This document shows positions 1 to 18,433 of a stretch of DNA of 64,000 nt, one piece after another. The notes beneath the pieces are model-generated. The model did not search any database, was not told where the DNA came from, and saw only the letters and a program-made list of their open reading frames with translations. Source of the DNA: the human T2T-CHM13v2.0 reference genome, Homo sapiens; NCBI RefSeq assembly GCF_009914755.1, contig NC_060944.1. One strand, given 5' to 3'. The translations under genes and the position numbers were made by a program. Each line of letters begins with the position of its first letter. Position 1 is the stretch's first letter.

Positions 1-783
1 GGCTGGAGCTTCTGGCCATGCTGGTCAACTTCCCCAATGAGCCTCCGCTTGCCTGGGAACAGCAAGGCCAGGGCTACACCGCCCTGAACTTGGCAGCCAT
101 GTACCTTGGAGATGGTGAAGCTGCTAGTGGGGACCTAGGACGCCGATGTGGACATCAGGGACTACATTGGGAAAAGGGCCTCCCAGTATGTGAGTCAGAG
201 CATCACAGAAGAGATCGAGACCCTGGTGGGAGTCCTGGACAAGGACGACGGGGAGAGCACCGCCAGCAGCGGGGATGGGTACTGGAAGATTTAAAAGGTG
301 CCCCCTCCATTTCATCACCTACAAACTCTCACAAGTCCTGGAAGATCGGGGGACCCTCTTCACCATCACCACTTGGCTGAAGGTGGTTCAGAGGTGAAGC
401 CAAGGATTCCAGGGCACACAGCCTCGGGCAGGACTAATGGACTTAAAAAACACAGGCTCAACAAAATCCACTTCACAACCCAGATGGTTCACATCACACC
501 CTCTTTCAGGGACCCAGAGCAGCCACTGGAAGAGAAGGAGTAGGAACGCTCTCTTAAAGGCCACTTATCCTATTCCTTCAAATTAAGACCAAAGTCCAAT
601 GTATTTAGGTAAAAATAATTTCTTTTAGAAAATGCTAAGGTTTGTCTTCTGAAATTTAATAACAGAAACAAAAAAAGAACACTAGATGTAAGGAAGTGGG
701 ACCAGAAAAGACAAACTAAACTATCCTTACTAGGTTGGAATGGATGGGGTGGAGTTCCCATCAGGCTAGCATTCTGGGGAAAG
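1..783 (+). pseudogene. SOWAHC: SOWAHC (ANKRD57) pseudogene: 3' CDS remnant (stop TAA 610-612) plus start of 3' UTR; extends beyond window start
   Basis: Frameshifted pieces ELLAMLVNF, GYTALNLAAM, DADVDIRD, EEIETLVG, HHHH, RLNKIHFTTQMVHITPSFRDPEQPLE, KLRPKSNVF* match the recalled SOWAHC C-terminus; several frameshifts and stops. Confidence 0.9.
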
Positions 784-785
784 TG

Positions 786-851
786 TTTTTTTTTTTTTTT
801 TTTTTTTTGGTGGGGGGGCACGGAGTCTCGCTCTGTCGCCCAGGCTGGAAT
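786..851 (-). mobile_element. Alu 3'-end fragment with poly-T
   Basis: T-run followed by cggagtctcgctctgtcgcccaggctgga, then abrupt truncation. Confidence 0.75.
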
Positions 852-1343
852 GGCCTTTGACATGTCAATGTTTTATTGTAAACCGTGACAGACTATCTAC
901 ATAGAATACTCATGATTTACAATTTGAGATTGTCAACCCAGCCAGTAACCTATGTAGCACTGAATTCAAATACCAGAAAAAGGACCCAGATTCCCTCACC
1001 ACCTAGCAGAGCTCAAGTGAGCTACACAGCCTGGTAGGAAATGGGGAGTAATTAAAAGGTTGTAAGCAGGTACTACTATAGTCAGATTAGTTTTTGACAG
1101 GTTATTCTAAAAGCACTGAGAAAAGAAAACTGTTGTAGTATTCCAGATAAGATCATATGGTCTGTAAAAGGACAGTGTCAAGGATATAGAAAAGAACAAT
1201 CAAGGAATTTCAAAGGGTAAACTGGATGTGATTATATAGTACCACATCAAATGAACATCAGGCTCAAAGAAGGCACGGGGGAGCAGGAGGCTGCTTTCCC
1301 CAGGTACTCTCTTTCCCAGGCTTGCCCAGTAGTCCTGGCAACT

Positions 1344-1346
<3 letters not shown>

Positions 1347-1394
<48 letters not shown>
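1347..1394. repeat. (AT)24 microsatellite
   Basis: Perfect AT run. Confidence 0.97.
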
Positions 1395-1396
<2 letters not shown>

Positions 1397-1691
1397 AAAC
1401 CATCATTCTGAGCAAACTATTGCAATGACAAAACCAAACACCACATGTTCTCACTCATAGGTGGAAATTGAACAACGAGAACACTTGGACACAGGATGGG
1501 GAACATCACACACCGGGGCCTGTCATGGGGTGGGGGGAGGTGGGAGGGATAGCATTAGGAGATATACCTAATGTAAATGATGAGTTAATGGGTGCAGCAC
1601 ACCAACATGACACAGGTATACATATGTAACAAACCTGCACATTGTACACATGTATGCTAGAACTTAAAGTATAATAAAAATAAAAAATAAA
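1395..1691 (+). mobile_element. L1PA 3' end (5'-truncated) with A-rich tail
   Basis: ggaaaccatcattct...gggatagcattaggagatatacctaatgtaaatgatgagttaatgggtgcagcacaccaacatg...ttaaagtataataaaa. Confidence 0.93.
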
Positions 1692-1724
1692 GTCTTCCTC
1701 AAGTTTACCATCAAAAAGTGCTAC

Positions 1725-3088
1725 ACATGATTTGCAAGTATTTTCTTCCATCTTGTGAGTTGTCTTTTCACTTTCTTGATGGTGTCCTCTGAAGTGCAAA
1801 AATGTTTAATTTTGATGAAGTCCAATTCATCAATTTTTATTCTTGTTGCTGGTCTCATATTTAAGAAAACTGCCAAATTCAAGGTCATGACAATTTACTC
1901 CTATGTTTGCTTCTCAGGATTTTATAGTTTTAGTCCTTATGTTTATGTGGATTAGCTCAAAATGGGTCCATTTGATCCATTGTTTTTGCATCCACAGTTT
2001 TTGTATATGGTGTTGGGTAAAGGTACTACTTCAGGTTTTGCATATGTTTACATATCTAGTAGTCCCTGTGCCAGTTTTCAAACATCTTTCCCCACTGAAT
2101 AATCTTGGCACCCTTGTCAAAAATCAGTGTTTATGTATGTATGGGTTCATATCTGACTCTCAATTCTATCCCACTCGTCTATACATCTATACTTCTGCCA
2201 GTATTATATTGTCCTTACTACCATTGTCTTGTAGTAAGTTTTAAAGTCGGTAAGTATGAGTTCTCCTACTTTGTTTCTCATTTTCAAAAGATTATTTTGG
2301 CTATTCTTAGTCCTTTGCAATTCCATATGAATTTGAGAGTCAGCTTGTCGATTTTACAGAGAACTCATCTGGGATTCTGACAGGAATGAAGTTAAATCTG
2401 TAGACGAGTTTAGGGAGGACTGCCATCTTAACAATGTTAAGCCTTCGGTCCATGATCATGGGATACTTTTACATTTATTTCGATCTTCTTTCATTTCTTT
2501 CAACTATGTTTTATGGTTTTCAGAGTACAAGTTTTACACTTCTTAAATTTATTAGTATTTTATTCTTGTTGATGCTATGATAAATGAAGTTGCTTTCTTA
2601 ATTTCATTTTCTGATTGCTCATTGTGAGTATGTAGTACTCAGTTAAAGTGTGTCAAATACTATTGATTTTTGTATATTGATCTTGTATCCTGCAACCCTG
2701 AAGAACACAAGGGATTTGTGTCTGGCATACATAAGGAACAATTACAATTCAGTAATAAAAAAACAAAACAACCCAATTAGAGATGGATAATTCAAGAATG
2801 GATTAAAAAAACTGCAATACATGCAAACAAATGGAATATTATTCAGCAATTTAAAAAGTGAGCTATCAAGCCATGAAAAAACACAGAAGAACCCTAAATG
2901 TATACTGCTGGGTGAAAGAAGCCAGTCTGAAAAGGATACATACTACATGATATTATATGACATTCAGGGAGAGGCAAAATTAGAGAGTAAAAAGATCAGT
3001 AATGACCGGGGGTTTAGAAGGAAGAGGAGGGGGAGGAATGACTCAGTGGAGCACAGGAGATTTTTAGGGCAATGAAACTGTTCTACAT
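1725..3088. mobile_element. Old L1M fragments (antisense ORF2 piece to ~2700, then sense 3'-end piece)
   Basis: Degenerate L1 motifs such as cccttgtcaaaaatcag, ttgcaattccatatgaatttgag and gaaagaagccagtctgaaaagg. Confidence 0.7.
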
Positions 3089-6735
<3,647 letters not shown>

Positions 6736-8003
6736 TAAATATCATCAAGCATGTTGAGAGGTGCTAGCGAGGGCATGGAGCAAGGAATCAAATTCCATAG
6801 GTGATTGTTTTCTCTATTTTTGTATAAAAATGTCCTTGCCCCAATTAAAGCCTCCACCAAGTATAAAAAGAAAGCGTTTGGTGATATTAGCAAGCAACAG
6901 TTTCCCAAATCTACCTTGCCCACCTCTTTGGCCTAAACTCTGCAGGTAATTTATTCAAAAAAGAGAAGTGTCCTTTGGGTAACAGATGTATCACTTCCTA
7001 CTCTCTTAAACCAAACTCTGATGCTGCATCTTAGATAAAAGCCCTCAAATCTGGCCTCCTGAAGTCATGCTGTCATTTAACTTGGCTGCAGGCCCCTGAT
7101 ACTCTCCTGCAGGGAGAGAGTCTGCTCTTTGCCCCAGCCTTTACCCCATTCCTACTTTCTTTCACTCAGTCCCCCTCCACTCCCAGCACACCTCTGGCGG
7201 TATTTTATTATTAGTAGTAAGCTTTATTTTTATCAAAAAGGGGGTTGGGGGTATTTTTGAGCTTATGTTGCAGAATACTTTATATAACCCTAAAATATAC
7301 ATTCTGTTCATTAGATTTCTAGCTGCCCCAACTACATAAGCTGAGATGCTTGGTAGAAGCAATGGAACAAATTTCTCTAGTTTTACAAATATAACATTTG
7401 ACTAATTTAGAACAAAAATTAATTATTTTCAAAATATTTAACTTATTTTAGCTTTTTAGAAAAAAAAAAACTGTCTGAGTAAAACAGGGTACTTCCTATT
7501 TCATTTAAGGAGAAAGCCAAGCTGATAATGCCATCATACTGCCTAGCTTTCTCATGCATATGACACTGATTTGACTTAGAAAGAAAAAAGTTTTAATACT
7601 CTCTTCTACTTCCCACTAGCAGGAAATTCCATTCTTGCCTTTCCTTTTCACCATTTCATCTACAATCACCTAGAAAAATGATGTCTGGTGCATATTAGGC
7701 CCTTAATAAAGGAATAAAGAAATGTGTGAAAGGAATTTCTTGAATAACTATTTTAAAACTTTTTGAACAAGAAGACTGTTATTAAGAGTGTTCCCGTGAG
7801 CAGGCAACAAACAAAGACAAAAGCTATTATTCAGAGATAAAAATGTCCAAAACATGGTTAGGATATAACTCTCTATCAGTGCATGACAGGTATCTATCAA
7901 GAAGTCTCAGAAAAAATACCAAGAAACATCACAACCAAATGCATAAATCTTGAATGAAATCTGTCTCTAAACAAACAAATACCAGCTATAAAGATATTCT
8001 TGG

Positions 8004-8628
<625 letters not shown>

Positions 8629-8764
8629 AGGTGATATTATGGATTCTTAGGTTTAATAATGGTATTGATGTTATGGAGAAAAATGTCCTTATTCTTAGGA
8701 GATAAATGCTTATATATTTAGGAGTGTCACAAAATCTGCACCATACTCTCAAATGATTTGGCAA

Positions 8765-8769
<5 letters not shown>

Positions 8770-8802
<33 letters not shown>
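8770..8802. repeat. (TG)n microsatellite
   Basis: About 16 TG units. Confidence 0.95.
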
Positions 8803-8805
<3 letters not shown>

Positions 8806-9153
8806 AAGAAAAATCAAGCAAATATGGCAAAACATTAATGATTATTCAATCTAGGTGCTCACTATTCTGTTCTGTATGTTAGAATTTTTTTCAAAACAAA
8901 AAGCTGGGGAGAAGGAGAAAAAATTCTAAGAGTCAAAGAAACTGTGTAATCCCCATTTTTATCACTTTTTTTGTGACCAAGTGATTTCACTCACCATTTT
9001 ATTCATCAGTTCCCTATCTACACACTTAGAGCAAATGAGATAACATAGAATGCTTTGCAAAGTAAAAAGCATGATACAGAATACATAATGTCATCGTAAC
9101 CAACAACCTCTGAAGTTTAATCGCATCCAGACATCTGGCTTCTTTTTCCCTAC

Positions 9154-9425
9154 CTTCTTATGGTTGTAGATTTCACCATTGTAACAGAGCCACATATATG
9201 GATATGTCTTCACTTAAATTGTCTGCATTCCAAACAGCAGGTCAACTACCACCAATGGGTGAAATCCAAAGCAGCAGCTGGTGTATCCATTGACATTCTC
9301 AAAACAGGATGCATCTGGACCCCTGTGTGCAATCTTCATAGCACACAGACACTAAACAGAAAGGCAGTCATTGCTGCCAAACAGGACCCAAATGCCACAC
9401 ACAGTGCAATGAAGCTATAAGCTCC
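9154..9425 (-). pseudogene. ASNS: ASNS (asparagine synthetase) unprocessed pseudogene, first coding exon
   Basis: Minus strand 9402-9154 reads (V)[80 protein letters not shown], i.e. ASNS residues 1-83; ATG>GTG, two in-frame stops, AG acceptor and GT donor intact. Confidence 0.95.
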
Positions 9426-10024
9426 CTATGGAGAGAAAAGTAGACAAATCAAAAATATTCAATATCCAATCCAAGTCCACGTTAAATCTTGATTCCAGAA
9501 ACGTGCATAAACCACTTCAAAGACTAAAATTTAAACCATCTTTTCTATAGCGATTTCCCATTTGGTTGGCAGGCATACAGGAGTAGAGAATGATTTAATT
9601 TACTTACAAATATTCAGAAAAGATAGTGACCTCTACATTCAACCAGCTACAGCAGCTTAGCACCCAGCCAAAGCCTGCATCTCTCCCACCTTAAGATTTA
9701 GTGGTTGGCTAGAGTTAGCAGCATCCAGGCCACATATATCTCTGCATTCTAAGTTTGCTTCCAAGATAAAGATACAAATGCAGGCTGGCTCCAACCTAGC
9801 CAGAGATCCCAACCCCACTCTCTGCATCCCAAAATCCCTCAAAGACCCAAGAGACTTTCCAGATTTCTACAGTCTCCTCTCAGGTTCCCTTGACAGTTAA
9901 ATGTCCACTCTTTACCTCAACTAGCTGCAGGTAGAATATAATGGGTACAACAGAAAATCACTGTAAGTGTAATATGAAGATACACAGCCCTTTTAAGCAT
10001 TTCATTATATTACATCTAGCTTAC

Positions 10025-10060
10025 TTCTAAGTGATTTATTCAGATGTGACTGAAGAAAGT
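10025..10060 (-). pseudogene. ASNS: ASNS pseudogene, 36-nt non-coding exon 2
   Basis: tttttttccctttag|actttcttcagtcacatctgaataaatcacttagaa|gtaagc; resembles the recalled ASNS 5'UTR. Confidence 0.7.
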
Positions 10061-12980
10061 CTAAAGGGAAAAAAAGCAATTTAATTTGATAAATTAACTT
10101 ATCAATTATAGCCAAATTATTTGGCTATAACAAATTAAACATTTTAAGCTGACAGAAGATGCAAACATTTTAAGTTGACAGAAGATATAAAATGTTCACT
10201 ATCAAAATGTCGCAACTGATAAAAATGTTCTCAAATACTTCTGTCTCAAAGTTGCATTGTTCATTAAGGAAGCAAAATAAGTGGGACATACACAGCAACA
10301 ACATCCCTCAAAAAACAACTTGGCTCATTCCTATAAGCCAGGCAGCAAATACATCATCCTTACATATGCTAATTACCTTCCAATTTCAAATTCTCAACTG
10401 TGAAATAAAGGGCCATTTTATTTGGCTGCTGCCAGTTCAAAATGACTGTTTTTATTAAAACATCTCCAACTTGAAAAATATTTGTTATTTTCTAAAAAAC
10501 TGCAAATTGCAGCAAATGGCCAGACAATTTGGAATAAACACCCTACAGAAAAAATATATATTCAAGTTTCATAAGTCACTTTGAGCAATCCTTTGAGGAT
10601 ATTTCATTTATATCTAAATGAACCACAAGTTTAGCTGGCTTTTCCGGAAAACCAGAAGCAAATAAAGTATGATTATAATGAAAACCATCTCAAGCAATTT
10701 GGAAATGAAGTACCACATGTCCTATGCTGTCCCTTCCATACACTTGACAAAACAGCCTATAACAAATTGTTTACTTTGAGATTTAGCAGGAAAATTCCAT
10801 GAGATTTAAATGAGATGACTACTAATAAGCCATCTACCTTTGACTCTATTCCAATTAAAAATGGGTTAGGAAAGTGCTTTGAAAATCAAGTGTGTTCATC
10901 AGGGAATCATTTACCTAAGTCTTCTTAACACTGCTTAGTGAATATTAAGCCTGATATAGTATATACACTCTAACCACTAAATTGAAGGGGAAAGAGGGAG
11001 AACAAAGAGGCATGTAAAGTACACTTACTTTTTCTAGTAGGAAAAAGCCAATTAAAACTATCACCTATTGGTTTTATTGGAATCAGTCTTACAGGAGGTC
11101 AAACTTCCTACTCTCGCTACCTATTCTCAATATTTTTCTTATTTCTTCCTAAACTTCTAGAGCCGTGCTGTCCAATAAATATGTGAGCCATATATGTAAT
11201 TTTAAATGTACTAGTAAACCCCATTAAAAGAAAAGGTGAAATTAATTTTAAATATACTTAACTCAGTATGTCCCAAATAGTAATCATAGTAATAATTTTA
11301 ACATGCAATCAATATAAAAAATTATCAAGCAGATATTCTACGTTGTTCTTCCCACTCCAATGACAAAATCCAGTATATTTAACAAAACACAACTCAATTA
11401 GGACTAGCCAGGATTTCAAGTGCTCAACAGTTACAAGTGGCTAGCGCCTACTGAATTGGACACTGCAGTTTCAGTGCATTGAATTTCTATCCCACTTAGC
11501 GCTAATTAAAACTTCACCCTCTCACCTGACAATTATGTTAAGATCTCAGTAAGTAACCAACTACAGGCAGTTTCAAGCCCTACTTTACCGCTAATTACTC
11601 TTACAGCAATGCAATGAATCATGATTTAAAATTAAAAAAAAAAAAAACTGCTGTTAAATTATTAGTCAAGTGCCCAGGGCAATGGACAGTAAAGAAATAA
11701 TGTAGGCCATGGGCCGAGATGACAAAACGGTCCTTTTATTTATTTCAAGCTATAACAATAATCTGAAGCCAGCCCTGTAAAACAGACATCCATTGAAAAG
11801 GGCATGCTAGTTCTTTTGCTTTTTTGTGTACTTGGCCTCCTGTGTCCCTAAACAGACCTCTTCTCAGCAGGGTTTGCTCAGCAAGTCACTTGTTGAGTCT
11901 TGCGGTCTACAGAGGGGGTGGGGAATGGCAGGGGCTGGCATAGGAATGAGAGGGGAGGAGGCAAGGTGAGGGGGGCAAGGTGAGGAGGGGGGCACTTAAA
12001 GGGGAGTTCAAGACCAGCCTGGGCAACATGGTGAGATCACCGCCCCTCACCGCCGCCATCTCTGGTCTCACTCTGGTCTCACACACATGCACAAATTAAA
12101 TTTAATTTAAAAATTAAAAAATTGTTTTAAAATAAGTGAAATATTTACATGGATTATGTGTACATTCATTTTGTAGAACTATAGATCCCATGTAACTGGG
12201 AACTCTTTACTCTTCTAACACAACATTTATTTAGCCACAAATAAAAGAAGACCAGTGATGTAGCCTGTACACAAAAAAGTAAGAAAACACTGGTTAGGCT
12301 GGGGCAGGGGTGGGGGGAAGAGATCTACAAAATTAAAATTTTATTGGAAAGAATCACTAATTAGAATCAGAACAATTACTGCTAAGTAGTTAAGAACAGA
12401 GCACAAGGAACCCAGCGAAGAAGCAGATATGATTCAGAGCAGAGCTCACAGAGCAGATGGTATCTGAGCCAAGACTGATAGAATAACATTAATAAGGGCC
12501 TTCACGGCCATTTATTATCACTTAACTGCAATGCATTTTGTATAAGTTATTTCTACTCTTCATATCAACCATGGAAAATAATACTTACTCTTCTCTTTTG
12601 AAGTTATACCAACACCAAATAGCTCAAGTTCAGTGACTCAAGAGTGCCCGCGTCTCCCCAAGAGGTTGCTCAGCAGGCAGACGAGGTAGAGAGCCCTTCC
12701 AAGAAGTGACAGTGAGATGTGAAAGGTCTCAGTGTGTCTCTGAGAACAACAGAAACCAGTACGTAGACCAAGTGGGAAAAGCCACGGAAGAGGCAGGGAT
12801 TTCCTCTTAAGAGAGCAAGAATAAACAGAGCAGGGCTGAGGGAAGCGATGGAAAACGGGCAGAATACCATGCATTTAGTGAGAAAAAAACAACTTTTACT
12901 TTAGAAAGGGGGAAAGAATGGTGGTGGTCTAGGTAAGCCTAGAAGCAGAGGAAAGGGCAGTGGAGAAAAAATAAACAAAA

Positions 12981-13378
12981 TGTATGAGTCAGGGTTCTCC
13001 AGAGGGACAGAACCAACAAGATACACATATATGTATAAGGGAGTTTACGAGAGAGAATTGGTTCACACGGTTAGAAGGCAGTCCCACAATAGGCTGTCTG
13101 CCAGGTAGGGAAAGAGAGAAGCTAGTAGTGGCTCAGTCCAAGTCCAAAAGCCTCAAAACCAGGAAAGCCCGCAGTGCTTCAGTATGAGGCCGAGGGCCTG
13201 AGAGCCTTGGGGAAGCGGCTGATGCAAGTCCCAGAGTCCAAAGGCATAAGAACCTGGAGTCTCATGTCCAAGGGCAGGAAGAAGGGAAGCAAGTGTCCTG
13301 CACGGGAAGAAGAAAAAAAGAGAGCCAGAAGCTTCAGCTAGCAAGGTTATCCCACCTTCCTCTGACTGCTTTGTTCTA
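12981..13378. mobile_element. MLT2-type (ERVL) LTR
   Basis: tgtatgagtcagggttctccagagggacagaacc...gagaagctagtagtggctcagtccaagtccaaaagcctcaaaaccagg. Confidence 0.75.
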
Positions 13379-15520
<2,142 letters not shown>

Positions 15521-15522
15521 AC

Positions 15523-16062
15523 GAGTTTCTAGAATATATTTGAGGAGGCTGATGGGCGGTGTGTGCGTGCTTCATGGCCTTATTCAATTAAACACTCTGC
15601 TCTCAATTTATTGCTAAATCCTCATTGAGCCCTTAGATTTCATAACGGTTGTCGCGAGATTTTTCTGGATGTAGAAAACGTTTCCATTTCTTGCCACCTC
15701 ATGGGCTACACCTTGACCTAACGTTTTTATGTAGATACTTGTGCTTACTCTGTGGCCTTTCCAGGGTTTGCTGAAGATGGAGGTATTTAGGCTGGGCAAG
15801 AGGTGGTGAGATAAATTGGGGTTTATCGATTATAGAACAGGCTCCTTTAGAGGGATATAAAGCATGGCCAAGTCCTTTGAGTTTTAAGCTGTTGCTTGTA
15901 GTGTTCTGGCGAACAGTTTTGTTGATCTAACTGTTCGAGTTTAGGGTTAAGCATAGCGGGGTATCTACTCCCAGTTTGGATCTTAGCTATTTTGTCTTCA
16001 GAATATTAAAGGCACCTTCGTAGTTATTTCAGCTGGGGTTATTTAGAACTTTTTTACAACTT
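15523..16062 (-). rRNA. MT-RNR1: NUMT: mitochondrial 12S rRNA fragment (pseudogene)
   Basis: Reverse complement contains aaactgggagtagataccccgctatgcttaaccctaaac, cctgttctataatcgataaacccc, ggtcaaggtgtagcccatgag and gcacgcacacaccgccc. Confidence 0.95.
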
Positions 16063-16073
16063 ATTTAGAAACT

Positions 16074-16116
16074 TTCAGGTTTCTAAATATATGAATGAAC
16101 CATAATATAAGCCTCG

Positions 16117-16121
<5 letters not shown>
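16074..16121 (-). pseudogene. MT-CYB: NUMT: ~48-bp CYTB sliver
   Basis: ggc cga ggc tta tat tat ggt tca ttc ata tat tta gaa acc tga reads GRGLYYGSFMYLETW in the mitochondrial code. Confidence 0.8.
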
Positions 16122-17164
<1,043 letters not shown>

Positions 17165-17183
17165 AAATGAAGTGAGAAAAAAG

Positions 17184-17250
17184 GGTAAAATGACTGAGTA
17201 GGGCATTAGACTGTACATCTAAAAACAGAGGTCAAGTCCTGTTTTTACCA
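17184..17250 (+). tRNA. MT-TY: NUMT tRNA-Tyr pseudogene
   Basis: ggtaaaatgactgagt...gactgtacatctaaaaacagagg...tttttacca; mitochondrial synteny next to COX1. Confidence 0.85.
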
Positions 17251-17309
17251 GTCCCGAGGTGATTTTCATGTTGAATTGTAAATTCAAAGAAGCAGCTTCA
17301 ATCCTGCTT
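17250..17309 (+). tRNA. MT-TC: NUMT tRNA-Cys pseudogene
   Basis: cccgaggtgattttcatgttgaattgtaaattcaaagaagcagcttcaatcctgc; anticodon GCA>GTA, 3' end deleted. Confidence 0.8.
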
Positions 17310-17342
17310 CTCTCACCTTTTTTCCCCCAGCAGCTGGAGAAG
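17308..17342. other. NUMT remnant of the light-strand replication origin (OL)
   Basis: Degenerate stem-loop between the tRNA-Cys and tRNA-Asn remnants. Confidence 0.65.
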
Positions 17343-17411
17343 TAGATTCAAATCAGTTGACTAGGGAGTTTAGCTGTTAAGTTTTCGTGGGTTTAAGTCT
17401 CATCAATTTAG
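17343..17411 (+). tRNA. MT-TN: NUMT tRNA-Asn pseudogene
   Basis: tagattcaaatcagttgactagggagtttagctgttaa...gtgggtttaagtctcatcaatttag. Confidence 0.85.
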
Positions 17412-17412
17412 T

Positions 17413-17455
17413 AAGGACTTAGCTTACTTAAAGTGATTGATCTGTATTCAATTGA
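17413..17455 (+). tRNA. MT-TA: NUMT tRNA-Ala pseudogene (partial)
   Basis: aaggacttagcttacttaaagtgattgatctgtattcaattga. Confidence 0.75.
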
Positions 17456-17470
17456 CCAAGGGTGATCTGT

Positions 17471-18065
17471 ATCTGAGAAAGTACATTTCAGGGCCACCAT
17501 ACAACAGCCGTTCAAAAAGGCCTCCAATATGGGATAGTCTTATTTATTATCTCAGAAATATTTCTCTTTGCTGGATTCTTTTGAGCATTCTACCATTCTA
17601 GCCTAGCCCCTACTCCAGAATTAGTAGGACATTGACCCCCAACAGGTATTTCTCCCCTTGACCCCCTGGAAGTACCTCTTCTGAATCCATCTGTATTACT
17701 TGCATCAGGAGTTTCAATTACTTGAGCCCATCACAGCCTAACAAAAATTAATCAAAAACATACAATCCAAGCACTACTTATTACAATTATATTAGGTATT
17801 TACTTCACCCTCCTACAAGTCTCAGAATACTTCAAAGCTACCTTTGCTATTTCTGATGGTATTTATGGCTCTACATTTTTTATAGCTACAGGCTTTCACA
17901 GACTTCACGTCATTATTGGATCAACATTCCTCTGCCTTCTCCGCCAATTAAAATACCACTTTACATCTAGTCATCACTTTGCCTTTGAAGCCGCTGCCTG
18001 ATATCGACACTTTGTAGATGTAGTATGACTATTCTTGTATGTTTCTATTTATTGATGAGGATCTT
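17471..18065 (+). pseudogene. MT-CO3: NUMT: COX3 3' two-thirds
   Basis: [57 protein letters not shown]...SIYWWGS in the mitochondrial code. Confidence 0.96.
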
Positions 18066-18127
18066 ACTCTTTTAGTATAAATAGTACCATGATTTCCAAA
18101 GTTTCGATAGCATCCGAAAAACAGTAA
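18066..18127 (+). tRNA. MT-TG: NUMT tRNA-Gly pseudogene
   Basis: actcttttagtataaatagtacc...ttccaa; lies between COX3 and ND3. Confidence 0.82.
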
Positions 18128-18433
18128 TTCACCTAACATTAACTCTAGTAATCAACATCCTATTAGCCCTGTTACTAATAATTATTACATTTTGGCTTCC
18201 ACAACTTAATATATATATATAGAGAGAGAGAAAAATATATATATATGTATAAAATAAATATATATAGAAAAATCTAGCCCTTATGAATGCAGATTTGACC
18301 CTCTATCCTCTGCCCACATTCCCTTCTCCATAAAATTATTTCTAGTAGCCATCACATTTCCCCTATTTGAGTTAGAACTCACCCTACTACTACCCTTACT
18401 GTGAGCCCTTCAAATAAACTGATACTAATAATC
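18127..18433 (+). pseudogene. MT-ND3: NUMT: ND3 (partial)
   Basis: IITFWLPQLN...[34 protein letters not shown]; interrupted by an AT/AG microsatellite. Confidence 0.92.
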
